Virus record (IMG/VR): IMGVR_UViG_3300035135_002180
Span: 1 to 36,268 of that record
From: a virus
Lineage: Duplodnaviria > Caudoviricetes
Length of the DNA: 36,268 bases
Direction: 5' to 3' (one strand)
Both the position numbers and the translations under genes were made by a program. This document shows, piece by piece, positions 15,901 through 24,928 of the stretch (positions within the stretch are counted from its first letter, which is position 1; each line of letters begins with the position of its first letter). The notes beneath the pieces were generated by a model, which saw only the letters and a program-made list of their open reading frames with translations, made no database searches and was not told the DNA's origin.

Positions 15901-16850
15901 CTTATACAGGGAATGGTAGTACACAAGATATTGAAACGGATTTTAAACCTGACCTTGTTTGGATAAAAGAACGTACAAATGCATCACATCACGCATTATT
16001 TGATTCTGTTAGAGGTAATCAATATTTAATATCACCAAATCAAACTATATCTCAAATAGACCAATCTGCTAACCCTGCTTTAGAATCTTTTGATATAAAT
16101 GGATTTACAGTAGACCAAACAAATACGAGTAACTATTACGTAAACAGAAGTTCACAAACCTACGTAGCTTGGTGCTTCAAGGCAGGTTCACACGATGACA
16201 ACCTACCTGAAATAAACACAGAGGGTAGTATAGATAGTATTGTATCGGTTAATGATGCAGCAGGATTTTCTATTGTGAAGTATACAGGTACAGGTGCAAA
16301 TGCAACAGTTGGTCACGGACTTTCAAATCCACCTGAACTAATTTTTGTAAAAACTTTAGATTCAGTAGATAATTGGATGGTTTTAAGTACAGCTGTAGGT
16401 TCTGAAAAAAAAGCAGCTTTAAATGCAGATGTTGCTTTTGATGATGATTCATTACCTTGGAATAGTACAGACCCAACATCTTCTGTGTTTTCAGTAGGAA
16501 CAAAACCTGCTACTAATGCAAGTGGAGATAAGTTTATAGCATATTGTTGGTATTCAGTTACAGGACATAGTAAGATAGGGAGTTATGAGGGTAATAATGA
16601 TTCAGGAGACCAATCTATAACAGGACTTGGATTTCAGCCGAGATTTTTACTTCTTAAAAATGCAGATGATACAGGAAGATGGGTAATAATTGATTCAGTA
16701 AGGGGAAATGATGAAGAATTATATCCAAATTTATCTAATGTAGAATCAAATGAACCAAACAGAACTACTTTAGATTCAGATGGTTTTACAGTAAGAAGTG
16801 GTAGGTATAATAATAACGGAGATACGTTTATATATATGGCATTTAAATAA
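12936..16850 (+). CDS. large modular tail/receptor-binding protein A: IPT/TIG + Ig + LamG + SPRY + two YTGNG/PDLVWIK repeat units
   Basis: IPT (GGQTLIINGSGY...TVTFG), Ig (GALPTGLSLN), LamG (WEHIVVT...FDGKLDQLRFFNKALS), SPRY (SGKWYFE...VIMCALDLDNQKVYFGKNG); ends YMAFK. Confidence 0.85.
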   Translation: MAQTKIKSGQLDLSGAAHGTDGQALLSNADGTMRWGDIQVAGPGYTSLDYPGATTALNAAGGQTLIINGSGYDANTTVTFGTTSVSAISVLSATQLSVTTPALANGTYDLVLGNAAGGTTTQSNVIIYNATPSWTTAAGSLGSVVKDTTANFTVAATEPDGGAITYAVTSGALPTGLSLNTSSGAITGTATPSISSNTTYNFTITATDNENQTNARAFSIEVTVPLPSERFEVITYTGNGGTQKIEGGKILRGAVFNGSNSTITIPDSSIFDFVNATSMSFFVNRNTTNRDFIIDKANGGSGSYGWQLEYFGTTKGYQFQIHNTSNGVISNLETGANSTTGNWEHIVVTHNGSGEFKIYFNGVLKATQTLSGTVSTNTGDVKIGTYQLSSGFEFDGKLDQLRFFNKALSSSEVTTLYQEDDYTSTTKSTTDIFSDGSGVTLYEFETNANATDSVTEIAFDSTINTSSIAYTVNNRKIAGNTGGSYASTRVTESKSSGKWYFEMYYDNSSYFPSSRGGLGLLCPTCTMTTYLGGTSQDEWAVFNGGNVINNGSSVHNESLGDFSIGNVIMCALDLDNQKVYFGKNGNWFNSANPSNGTNSFTLSGSEYYAAGWVYNTSDQLTFRFREGDFAYTVPTGFSAYSETNYDGTASNVAFKEGTKFSPDLVWIKQRTGSVANHVIFDSIRGVHKQLGANTTSSEIDRTSTDKGVTSFNSNGFTVKDTSAGDYEINGPSGGTYSGNGSYVAWCWKAGGSSTSSNSDGTITTNISANVAAGFNIISYAGNGTADSTIGHGLGQQVKLAFFKNRTTGSTYWYVYSDELSGSTYNLYLNASSAQTADNVLRGGNTTTIQISNSTAVNATSNNYICYAFANIDSYQKIGKYTGNGSTNGTIVETGFEPAFLMIKRIDSSANWRILDNERSLSNPRDKELYPNLSNVEGDYDAIDFLSNGFQNISTDSSYNANGGTYLYLAIAADPDITQPTQANSFDVVTYTGNGSTQDIETDFKPDLVWIKERTNASHHALFDSVRGNQYLISPNQTISQIDQSANPALESFDINGFTVDQTNTSNYYVNRSSQTYVAWCFKAGSHDDNLPEINTEGSIDSIVSVNDAAGFSIVKYTGTGANATVGHGLSNPPELIFVKTLDSVDNWMVLSTAVGSEKKAALNADVAFDDDSLPWNSTDPTSSVFSVGTKPATNASGDKFIAYCWYSVTGHSKIGSYEGNNDSGDQSITGLGFQPRFLLLKNADDTGRWVIIDSVRGNDEELYPNLSNVESNEPNRTTLDSDGFTVRSGRYNNNGDTFIYMAFK

Positions 16851-16851
16851 G

Positions 16852-17001
16852 ATGGAAGATTTGAAGATATATGGAGCGAATTTAATAGCACTAGCGTTTA
16901 GTGTTTCAGCAATAAACCCCTACTTGCAGATGATATCAATGTTGTTAGCAATAGGGTATACTATTATATCAATAATAAAAAAATTAAAAAATAAAGACTA
17001 A
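16852..17001 (+). CDS. small two-TM membrane protein, holin-like (49 aa)
   Basis: MEDLKIYGANLIALAFSVSAINPYLQMISMLLAIGYTIISIIKKLKNKD; basic C-tail; ATG 16852 preferred to the track start. Confidence 0.6.
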   Translation: MEDLKIYGANLIALAFSVSAINPYLQMISMLLAIGYTIISIIKKLKNKD

Positions 17002-17023
17002 GTTTAATTATAAATTTATAAAT

Positions 17024-17149
17024 ATGGAAGCAAGACGTAGAGACGAGTCAAAGCAAGACTATAAAATCAGAATGGGTTTAGTTACTAAAGAAATTGAAGT
17101 TAAGCCAAGAGAAGTTAAAATAAAGAAAACAACCAAAAAAGAAGATTAA
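17024..17149 (+). CDS. small charged protein (41 aa)
   Basis: Not in the track: MEARRRDESKQDYKIRMGLVTKEIEVKPREVKIKKTTKKED. Confidence 0.6.
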   Translation: MEARRRDESKQDYKIRMGLVTKEIEVKPREVKIKKTTKKED

Positions 17150-17151
17150 TT

Positions 17152-17256
17152 ATGCCAAAAGTAGGAGGAAAAAAATTTGCATATACTAAAAAAGGAAAAG
17201 CTGCAGCTAAAAAATATGCAAAGAAAACAGGTAAAAAAATGAAAAGTAAATACTAA
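17152..17256 (+). CDS. Lys/Ala-rich microprotein (34 aa)
   Basis: Not in the track: MPKVGGKKFAYTKKGKAAAKKYAKKTGKKMKSKY; TAATG coupling. Confidence 0.7.
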   Translation: MPKVGGKKFAYTKKGKAAAKKYAKKTGKKMKSKY

Positions 17257-17498
17257 TGAATTTAGGCAAAACAGCTTTATACTATAAAAGCAATCCAAAG
17301 GCAAGAGCCAAGAAAGCTTCTTATGACAAACAGTTTCAGAAAAAAAAGAAACAAGTCAAAAAACGTGTAGAGTGTAATGCCTGGAATCGTAAATATGGAA
17401 AAAAGGGCGATAAAATAGATTGTTCACACAAGAACGGAACCATAGTCGCAGAACATAGAAAACGAAATAGAGCAAGAGGAGGTGCTAAAAGATTATGA
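17256..17498 (+). CDS. small basic protein with degenerate HNH-like motif
   Basis: DCSHKNG...HRKRNRAR resembles a minimal HNH core. Confidence 0.55.
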   Translation: MNLGKTALYYKSNPKARAKKASYDKQFQKKKKQVKKRVECNAWNRKYGKKGDKIDCSHKNGTIVAEHRKRNRARGGAKRL

Positions 17499-17572
17499 AA
17501 ACTAAACCATGTCAGTGTGGTAACACACAAAATACAGAAGGTAATTGTGACGGATCACATTTAAATAAATAA
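17495..17572 (+). CDS. 25-aa CDGSH-type iron-sulfur-binding microprotein
   Basis: Not in the track: MKTKPCQCGNTQNTEGNCDGSHLNK; ATGA overlap with the upstream stop, and it ends 4 bp before the next ATG. Confidence 0.75.
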   Translation: MKTKPCQCGNTQNTEGNCDGSHLNK

Positions 17573-17576
17573 TAAC

Positions 17577-17873
17577 ATGAATAATATAATTTTAATTTTA
17601 ATTGCTGTCATTGTAGCTTTAATTATAGTAAATATTTTGGCTATATGGATGACAAAAAAAGGTCTTACAAAAGATGAAAACAATAACATGATTCCTGATA
17701 TTCTAGAACAAAAATTCGCAGAGTTAAAGGATGACGTTACTATTCGAGTTGAACGTGTTGGCCAAGAGCTTAAGGATGTTTCAAAAGCAATCAAAGAGGT
17801 AGGAAATCAAGTAGGAGATATACCAAAAGCTGCTACAGGAAAAACTAGACCAGGAAGAAAGCCTAAGAAATGA
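17577..17873 (+). CDS. membrane-anchored coiled-coil protein (lysis accessory?)
   Basis: N-terminal TM helix, DENNNMIPD motif, coiled coil; directly upstream of the endolysin. Confidence 0.6.
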   Translation: MNNIILILIAVIVALIIVNILAIWMTKKGLTKDENNNMIPDILEQKFAELKDDVTIRVERVGQELKDVSKAIKEVGNQVGDIPKAATGKTRPGRKPKK

Positions 17874-18328
17874 AAATTAGCGATCATATTTCATATGCAG
17901 AAGCTATTAAATCGAACACAGCTCTTAGATTAGGTATCGAAAACAAACCAAGCGGTTATCAATTAACAAATATGGTTGGTGTCGCTTTTAATGTTTTCGA
18001 GCCCTTAAGAAAGTGGGTTGGCGGACCAATAAAAATTAATAGTTTTTTTAGGTGTCCAGATTTAAACAAAGCTATTGGTGGAAGTTCAAGAAGCCAGCAT
18101 TGTGAAGGTAGAGCGATTGATATAGATGACATATTTGGTCATAAAACAAATGCTGAAATGTTTCATTATATCAAAGACAACATAAATTTTGATCAACTCA
18201 TATGGGAGTTTGGAGATGAAAATAATCCAAATTGGGTTCATGTGAGTTATGTGTCTGAAGACGAGAATAGAGGTAGATGCCTTAAAGCAGTTAAATTGAA
18301 TGGTAAGACAAAATACGAATTAATATGA
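17870..18328 (+). CDS. endolysin, peptidase M15 family
   Basis: INSFFRC..LN.AIGG...SQH..GRAID...WVHVS zinc peptidase motifs. Confidence 0.9.
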   Translation: MKISDHISYAEAIKSNTALRLGIENKPSGYQLTNMVGVAFNVFEPLRKWVGGPIKINSFFRCPDLNKAIGGSSRSQHCEGRAIDIDDIFGHKTNAEMFHYIKDNINFDQLIWEFGDENNPNWVHVSYVSEDENRGRCLKAVKLNGKTKYELI

Positions 18329-18732
18329 GTAACGAAACTTTACAGAAAAGACCAAATACAAAAACTGATAAACCAAAAATGAAGAATAAAGAAATCAGAC
18401 ATTACGTAGGAGCTGCAGGTGTTTTTATACTTGTAGTCGCATTAATGCTTTTTTTAGCTTATAATGACATACCTCAATCTAATAAAGATATATTTGTTAG
18501 TATTATAGGTATGATTGTCGGATCATTATCTGTGGTTATATATACAATAATTGGTAAAAACCCAGATGAAGTAAATGCTTTACAACAAAAAGTTGAATCA
18601 CTTCAGTCTTTAGCTGATACAATGGAAAAAAGAAATGATCAGCTTGAAGCTATGATTATAGAACTTCAAAGAGAAATTATATCAAAGCTTTCAGTTGTTG
18701 GAGCGCAGTTTGTTTTAAAAGATAAAAAATAA
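18325..18732 (+). CDS. two-TM membrane protein with C-terminal coiled coil
   Basis: Two hydrophobic helices then heptad repeats; within the lysis cassette. Confidence 0.65.
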   Translation: MSNETLQKRPNTKTDKPKMKNKEIRHYVGAAGVFILVVALMLFLAYNDIPQSNKDIFVSIIGMIVGSLSVVIYTIIGKNPDEVNALQQKVESLQSLADTMEKRNDQLEAMIIELQREIISKLSVVGAQFVLKDKK

Positions 18733-18733
18733 A

Positions 18734-19111
18734 ATGTTAAAAGCATTATTAAGTCTTCTTGGAGGTGGTGGATCTGGAAGAAGTAAAATAGGAGGATTGG
18801 CTCTAGACCTTAGAGAAGCTATCAAAGGGAAGGAGCTTGATCCAAATCAAATATTAGAACTTCAAACAAAAATTAATGAGGTTGAAGCACAGCATAGAAG
18901 TATGTTTGTTGCTGGATGGAGACCTTTTATAGGCTGGATTTGTGGTATTGCTTTTGGGTATCATTTTATAGCCTTCCCTATAATAAGAACTATATACCCA
19001 GATATAGAGTTTCCTCAATTAGATTCTGAGCCTCTATTTACTGTTTTAATGGGTATGCTTGGACTTGGTGGATTAAGAACTTTTGAAAAGCTTAAGGGTA
19101 AAGCTAAATAA
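18734..19111 (+). CDS. holin, 3TM (GTA holin-like) family
   Basis: FVAGWRPFIGW...LMGMLGLGGLRTFEK signature. Confidence 0.85.
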   Translation: MLKALLSLLGGGGSGRSKIGGLALDLREAIKGKELDPNQILELQTKINEVEAQHRSMFVAGWRPFIGWICGIAFGYHFIAFPIIRTIYPDIEFPQLDSEPLFTVLMGMLGLGGLRTFEKLKGKAK

Positions 19112-19166
19112 AGATTTACATAGGCTTTGTGTTTTCGTATAAGAGTTTAGCACTTGTTTTTTTTTG

Positions 19167-19174
19167 TAAATTTG
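19167..19174 (+). promoter_or_regulatory. Bacteroidota -7 box TAAATTTG
   Basis: Exact TAnnTTTG in the intergenic gap before the tail operon. Confidence 0.6.
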
Positions 19175-19190
19175 CATTAAAAGTAAACCT

Positions 19191-19532
19191 ATGCCTAGAA
19201 TAAGTTCATATCCAATAGACACTAATATCAGTGGAAGTGATTTATGGATTGGGTCTGACGGAGACAACGGTCTAGTCACTAAAAATTTTAGCCCTGATTC
19301 ATTAGCTAGTTATTTCAATACACAGGGATCTGTTAAAGAGCCTACTTTTGTTTTTAATCAAACAAACTCTTCTGCGACTTGGACAATAAACCACAATCTT
19401 CAAAAGTTTCCAACTGTAACAGTTGTTGATTCTGGAGGAAACGTAGTAATGGGTTTTCAAACATATAACAATAATAACCAGATAGTCTTAACATTTTCAG
19501 CTCCTTTTACAGGGTCGGCATATCTAAACTAA
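19191..19532 (+). CDS. small tail-associated structural protein
   Basis: MPRISSYP...WIGSD N-terminal motif plus TWTINHNL..PTVTVVD domain. Confidence 0.65.
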   Translation: MPRISSYPIDTNISGSDLWIGSDGDNGLVTKNFSPDSLASYFNTQGSVKEPTFVFNQTNSSATWTINHNLQKFPTVTVVDSGGNVVMGFQTYNNNNQIVLTFSAPFTGSAYLN

Positions 19533-19538
19533 AAAACA

Positions 19539-20648
19539 ATGGCAATAGATTTTTTAAGTAGTATTGATTTAAATAAGAATGAACTTCAGAATGGAGTTAT
19601 TCATGTTTTAGCTTCTGCTCCAAGTAATCCTGTTGAGGGACAGATATACTACAATTCAACAGATAACAGGATATATTTCTTTGATGGAACATCTTTTGTA
19701 GATGCGTCTGGAGATATTAAAAGCGTACAAACCACTACATCTAATCAGTTAACAATAACAGATCCAAATGGACCAAATCCAAGTTTAGCTATTGTAACAG
19801 GTGCAGTAACAAATTCAGGAACATCTCTAGCCACAGGAGATCAGATATATGATTTTGTATATGGAGTTGCACAAGAAGTTACAATTAATGGCACTACAAA
19901 TGAAATAGAAGTAACAACTACAGGAGGTAGTGCAGCAGGTAAGTTTGGTCCTAGTGATACAATAACAGTTGGGCTTCCAAATGATGTAACAATAGGAAAT
20001 GACTTAACCGTAACAAACGACTTAACTGTAAACGGTAACGTAACTTTAGGTAATGCTAACACAGATACGGTTACCATCTCTGGAGATTTAACTGTCAATG
20101 GAACAACTACTACTGTAAATTCCAACACTGTAGAGATAGGGGATAGCATTATCACATTAAACTCTGACGAAACTGGTGCTCCTTCACAAGATGCAGGTAT
20201 AGAGGTTGAAAGAGGAACAGGTGCTAATAGAAGTTTAATATGGGACGAGAGCGATACAGACTGGAAGATCCAGCAATCTGGAGGAGCTTACGAAAGAATA
20301 GCAACGTATGCGGACTCTGTAGAGGACGTTACTATAACGGAAACAGGGGCAAGTGGTGTCACGGTTACAGAAACACTATCAGGCACAGGTAACAGAATAA
20401 AAACTTATGACATTGCTGTTAATCTTGACGACCTAAGATATAAAGCTAGTATTGGAGATGGATCAACAACAGCTATTGCTGTAACACATAATCTTGGAAC
20501 AGAAGATGTAATTGTTCAGCTTTTTGATAATTCAACAAAAGAAACGGTGTATGCTGATGTGTCTAGGAATAGCGTAAATCAAATTACTGTAACATTTGCA
20601 AACGCTCCTGCATCAAACGCAATTAGAGTGCTTATACAGAAATTATAA
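19539..20648 (+). CDS. tail fibre / structural protein
   Basis: PVEGQIYYNS, LTVxxDLTV repeats, AGIEVERG, C-terminal VTHNLGT..V.VQ domain. Confidence 0.75.
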   Translation: MAIDFLSSIDLNKNELQNGVIHVLASAPSNPVEGQIYYNSTDNRIYFFDGTSFVDASGDIKSVQTTTSNQLTITDPNGPNPSLAIVTGAVTNSGTSLATGDQIYDFVYGVAQEVTINGTTNEIEVTTTGGSAAGKFGPSDTITVGLPNDVTIGNDLTVTNDLTVNGNVTLGNANTDTVTISGDLTVNGTTTTVNSNTVEIGDSIITLNSDETGAPSQDAGIEVERGTGANRSLIWDESDTDWKIQQSGGAYERIATYADSVEDVTITETGASGVTVTETLSGTGNRIKTYDIAVNLDDLRYKASIGDGSTTAIAVTHNLGTEDVIVQLFDNSTKETVYADVSRNSVNQITVTFANAPASNAIRVLIQKL

Positions 20649-20656
20649 TTTAAAAC

Positions 20657-23600
20657 ATGGCAAATCGTTTTCTTAATAACATAACGATAAATGATGCCTA
20701 TACACTTCCATCTACAGATGGGACTTTAGGGCAAGCAATAGTAACAGATGGTGCGGGTAATTTAACTTTTTCTACTGTTGCTGCAGGAACAGCTGACGCT
20801 GCTCTGAAAATATCTTTTACAATTAAAAATGTATCTGGTGGAACTCTTAGTGCAGGAACAATAGTTCGTGCTGCGCCCACAACTAATCCACCAGCAGGAA
20901 ACGTGTTAGAGGTAGATGTGGCTGATAATTCAGCAGCCTCTACAATGCCCGCTATTGGTATATTGACAGATTCTGTAGCAGATGCGGCAGAAGGTGATGC
21001 AATCGCTTTTGGTAGAGCCTCTGGGTTTTCTACATCAGGATACACTGAAGGAGACCCAATATGGGTTGGATCAAGTGGGGCTTTTGTAGGCACAAAACCA
21101 ACAGGTTCTGATTTAATACAAAGGTTTGGTCAGATTGTAAAAGTTCATTCTACCAATGGTAGTATTGAAGTTTTTGGTGCTGGCAGAACAAATGATGTTC
21201 CTAACCTGTCTCAAGGTAAGATATGGGTAGGTACAGCTACAAATACAGCAGAATCAACTTTAATAGATGTCGATGAGACAAATAATATATTAACGGTAAA
21301 CGGTAAAGTATACTACGGTAATGTTTTTTCTCAAGAATCAGACCTACCATCTGCAACTACCTATCACGGGATGTTTGCTCATGTACATGGAACAGGATAT
21401 GCATACTATGCTCACGCAGGGTCTTGGGTTAAATTAGCTAAGTTAACAGACATAAACGATTCAACATTAACTGTAACTGCAGGAACTGGATTATCAGGTG
21501 GGGGAACATTTACGACAAATCAATCTTCAGACAGTGCTGTAACTGTTAATTTAGATGATACAGCAGTAACTCCAGGAACTTATGGAGATGCTAATAACAC
21601 TCCACAGATTACAATAGACCAACAAGGTCGTATTACTTCTGCTACAACAGTAACTACTGCAGGATCAGGGTCTGGAGGCGGTGGAGCAGAGCTTTCTATT
21701 GAAAGGAATGTATTTACTGCTACAGCAAATCAAACAGCTTTCACTATATCTTCTGACATAACAGCAAGTTCTAATACACAAGTTTATATTGATGGTGTAT
21801 ACCAAGCTAAAAGTAATTATACAACAAGCGGATCGGTAGTCACTTTTTCTACAGGAGTTCCTTTAGGTTCAGAAGTAGAAGTAGTACATTTTATAGCTGT
21901 TTATTCAAAAATATATACTGACACATTTACTGGTAATGGTTCTACAACTCAATATACGACTTCTAAAGACGTTTCAGATGAAAATGAAACACAAGTATAT
22001 ATTGATGGAGTTTATCAATCTAAAGACAACTATACAACTTCTGGCACGACTGTAACATTTTCTACGGCACCACCAAATGGAACTGCAATAGAAGTGGTTC
22101 ATTTTGATGCAGCAGAATACACATCCTTAGCATCAAATCAATTTACAGGTACAGGATCACAAACGGCTTTTACATTAACACAATCAGATGTTGATGAAGA
22201 CAGTTCGTTTGTTTTTATTCAGGGTGTTTATCAAGAAAAATCTACATATAGTATAAGCGGATCTACATTAACATTTACCACAGCACCACTTAGTGGTTAT
22301 ACTATAGAAGTAATAACAGCAGGTGTTGTAGCTAATGTTACATCAAGCCCTGTAACAAGTGTTAATGGACAAACAGGAGCAGTAACTATAGAAACACCAC
22401 CTGTAACAAGTGTTAATGGACAAACAGGAGTAGTAACTGTAGAAACAGGAACTGACTGGGACACTTCAATTAAAACAGCAAACTTTACAGCTGTAGCTGG
22501 GAAAGGTTATTTTGTAAATACTACAAGTGCAGAAATAACAGTTACAATGCCAAGCTCACCTAGTGCTGGTGACGAAGTGCATTTAGTAGATTATGCTGGA
22601 ACAGCTGACACTAATAAAATTATAATAACTTCATCTAATAAAATAAATAGCTCAAATAATAATGTAAAGATTGACTATGAAAGAGGAGGGGTTTCTTTGG
22701 TTTATTCGGATTCTACTCAAGGCTGGTTAGCTTATAATGCCGCTAATGAAACTGCAACTTCTTTAGTTAATGACCCTATTCTTTTAAATGTTGATTATTT
22801 AGTTGTTGCTGGAGGTGGCTCTGGTGGAATTTCTGGAGGAGGTGGAGGAGGTGCTGGAGGTTTAAGAACGTCTTATTCAAATTCATCATCTTTATCTGGA
22901 CATACTGAGTCATCTTTGTCAGTACCAGCAAATACAGATATTACTGTAACAGTTGGAGCTGGAGGAGCTTCTAAGTCTGGTGCTGGAAGTGGACAAGCTG
23001 GAAATACTGGTGACGATGGGGGAGATTCGATTTTTTCTACAATTACTTCAACTGGAGGCGGTGGAGGTCGTGCAAGACCAGCTGGCTCACCATACACAAC
23101 CCTAGTTGGTAGAGATGGTGGTTCTGGTGGTGGTGCAGCGAGTCCATATAGTAAGGGCAGTTCTGCTGTACAAGGAGGGTCAGCTGTAACAAGTCCAGTA
23201 GTTCAAGGATATGATGGAGGCGATGGAAACTGGTTTGCTTCTGGGTATCAAGCTATGAGCGGTGGAGGCGGAGGCGGTGCTGGGCAAGCTGGTGCTGATG
23301 GTGCAAATCAAGCTCAAGGAGCTGATGGAGGAGATGGTTTAGCTGTTTCTATTACTGGTTCTTCAGTTACTTACGCTGGCGGAGGCGCTGGCGATGGTGC
23401 AAATGGACCACCTGGCGGAGCTGGAGGAGCTGGAGGCGGCGGTGCTGGAGGCTATGGTCCAAATTATACTACTAATTTTAATTTTATAAGCGGAACTTCT
23501 GGAACAGTAAATACCGGAGGAGGTGGAGGAGGTGCTTCAGATGGCAGTTCTGGAGCAGGAGGCTCTGGCATTGTTATAGTACGCTATCCAAACACTTACA

Positions 23601-23713
23601 CAATAACAGAGACTACAAGCCCAGCAGTTTTAACGTTCTCAACTGCCACAGATGGCTCGGACAAAGTAACAACATTTACAGCTGGAACAAGTGGAACAAT
23701 TCAATTTAGTTAA
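20657..23713 (+). CDS. tail fibre protein with internal repeats and Gly-rich C-terminal domain
   Basis: VTPGTYG..ITIDQQGRIT, three F-T...VYIDGVYQ repeats, VTSVNGQTG duplication, DYLVVAGGG...GGSGIVIVRY Gly-rich domain. Confidence 0.85.
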   Translation: MANRFLNNITINDAYTLPSTDGTLGQAIVTDGAGNLTFSTVAAGTADAALKISFTIKNVSGGTLSAGTIVRAAPTTNPPAGNVLEVDVADNSAASTMPAIGILTDSVADAAEGDAIAFGRASGFSTSGYTEGDPIWVGSSGAFVGTKPTGSDLIQRFGQIVKVHSTNGSIEVFGAGRTNDVPNLSQGKIWVGTATNTAESTLIDVDETNNILTVNGKVYYGNVFSQESDLPSATTYHGMFAHVHGTGYAYYAHAGSWVKLAKLTDINDSTLTVTAGTGLSGGGTFTTNQSSDSAVTVNLDDTAVTPGTYGDANNTPQITIDQQGRITSATTVTTAGSGSGGGGAELSIERNVFTATANQTAFTISSDITASSNTQVYIDGVYQAKSNYTTSGSVVTFSTGVPLGSEVEVVHFIAVYSKIYTDTFTGNGSTTQYTTSKDVSDENETQVYIDGVYQSKDNYTTSGTTVTFSTAPPNGTAIEVVHFDAAEYTSLASNQFTGTGSQTAFTLTQSDVDEDSSFVFIQGVYQEKSTYSISGSTLTFTTAPLSGYTIEVITAGVVANVTSSPVTSVNGQTGAVTIETPPVTSVNGQTGVVTVETGTDWDTSIKTANFTAVAGKGYFVNTTSAEITVTMPSSPSAGDEVHLVDYAGTADTNKIIITSSNKINSSNNNVKIDYERGGVSLVYSDSTQGWLAYNAANETATSLVNDPILLNVDYLVVAGGGSGGISGGGGGGAGGLRTSYSNSSSLSGHTESSLSVPANTDITVTVGAGGASKSGAGSGQAGNTGDDGGDSIFSTITSTGGGGGRARPAGSPYTTLVGRDGGSGGGAASPYSKGSSAVQGGSAVTSPVVQGYDGGDGNWFASGYQAMSGGGGGGAGQAGADGANQAQGADGGDGLAVSITGSSVTYAGGGAGDGANGPPGGAGGAGGGGAGGYGPNYTTNFNFISGTSGTVNTGGGGGGASDGSSGAGGSGIVIVRYPNTYTITETTSPAVLTFSTATDGSDKVTTFTAGTSGTIQFS
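22349..22450 (+). repeat. 51-bp in-frame tandem duplication (PVTSVNGQTG[A/V]VT[I/V]ET)
   Basis: Units start at 22349 and 22400; the first 31 bp are identical. Confidence 0.95.
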
Positions 23714-23715
23714 TT

Positions 23716-24084
23716 ATGGCTCATTATGCACTTTTAAATTATAATAATATTGTAACTAAAGTTATAACTGGAAAAGATGAAGATTCTGTACATTATAATA
23801 TGGAATTAGTTTATCAAGACATGTTTAAGCAAGTTTGTAAAAGAACTTCCTATAATACTATAGGAGGCATCCATAAATTAGGAGGAACGCCTTTTAGAAA
23901 AAACTATGCTGGGATAGGATATACATACGATGAAAGCCGAGATGCATTCATCCCTCCAAAACCATTTGATAGCTGGACACTAAACGAAACTAGCTGTCTT
24001 TGGGAGGCCCCTGTAGCTTATCCTACAGACGGGAAAGCATATGAATGGAATGAAGAAGAACAACAATGGGATTTAATAACTTAA
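23716..24084 (+). CDS. tail fibre-associated protein
   Basis: MAHYA...PFRKNYAGIGYTYD...DAFIPPKP..SW.L...W.AP; directly follows the Gly-rich fibre. Confidence 0.7.
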   Translation: MAHYALLNYNNIVTKVITGKDEDSVHYNMELVYQDMFKQVCKRTSYNTIGGIHKLGGTPFRKNYAGIGYTYDESRDAFIPPKPFDSWTLNETSCLWEAPVAYPTDGKAYEWNEEEQQWDLIT

Positions 24085-24093
24085 AATAAAAAA

Positions 24094-24444
24094 ATGGCAC
24101 TAACTAAAGTAACATCAGCGGTATTAAATGACGATGCCGTATCATATGACAAGCTTGGGGCTGAATTTACAACAGCAGCAACTATATCTGCTAGTGCTGT
24201 TGATTTTAGTACAGCCCAAGTATTTACAAAAACACTATCAGCAGATACCACATTAACATTTTCAAATGTATCAACAGGTATGGTGAAAGATCTTGTAATT
24301 ACAGGATCGTTTGTATTAACTTTACCTGCATCTGTAAAAGTTATATCTGGAACATATGACGGCTCAGTAAGTAATCTGATTCAGATTGCTGTAACAAATG
24401 GAGCTACAGAACAATGGGCAACAATTAGTAAAGCAGCAACATAA
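24094..24444 (+). CDS. small tail structural protein
   Basis: MALTKV...AVSYDKL N-terminus; beta-rich body. Confidence 0.65.
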   Translation: MALTKVTSAVLNDDAVSYDKLGAEFTTAATISASAVDFSTAQVFTKTLSADTTLTFSNVSTGMVKDLVITGSFVLTLPASVKVISGTYDGSVSNLIQIAVTNGATEQWATISKAAT

Positions 24445-24923
24445 TGGCAACAAAAGCAATAAATAAAAACGGAACAATAAAGGTATATCAAGGAGTACCA
24501 AAAGTATTGTATGCATCGAATGGAACACATTTAAATGCTCCAGCTATGAGTGATGTTTCTTTAAGAGAAGCTGGATTATTTGATGTCGTTTTACCTACGG
24601 ACTATAATTCTGCTATACATGATCTAAGTGATATATTTTGGGATTCAGAAAATACTGTATTTACTTATACAAAAAGTAATAAAACTTGGGATCAGAGTTT
24701 AGCTGATATGAAAGCAGCAAAGATTGTAAATCTAAAATCTGTTTACAAATCAAAGCTTGCAGAAACAGATTGGTATACAAGCAGAAAATCAGAATTAGGA
24801 ACTGCAATACCTCAAGATATTTTAGATGCAAGAGCAGCTCTTAGGACAGAGTGCAATACAAAAGAAGCAGAAATAAACGCAAAAACAACTAAGGCTCAAG
24901 TAGTTCTTTATAATATAAATTAA
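24444..24923 (+). CDS. putative tail fibre assembly chaperone
   Basis: C-terminal LAETDWY...IP..I...RAALR motif typical of tail assembly chaperones. Confidence 0.6.
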   Translation: MATKAINKNGTIKVYQGVPKVLYASNGTHLNAPAMSDVSLREAGLFDVVLPTDYNSAIHDLSDIFWDSENTVFTYTKSNKTWDQSLADMKAAKIVNLKSVYKSKLAETDWYTSRKSELGTAIPQDILDARAALRTECNTKEAEINAKTTKAQVVLYNIN

Positions 24924-24928
24924 TATTA

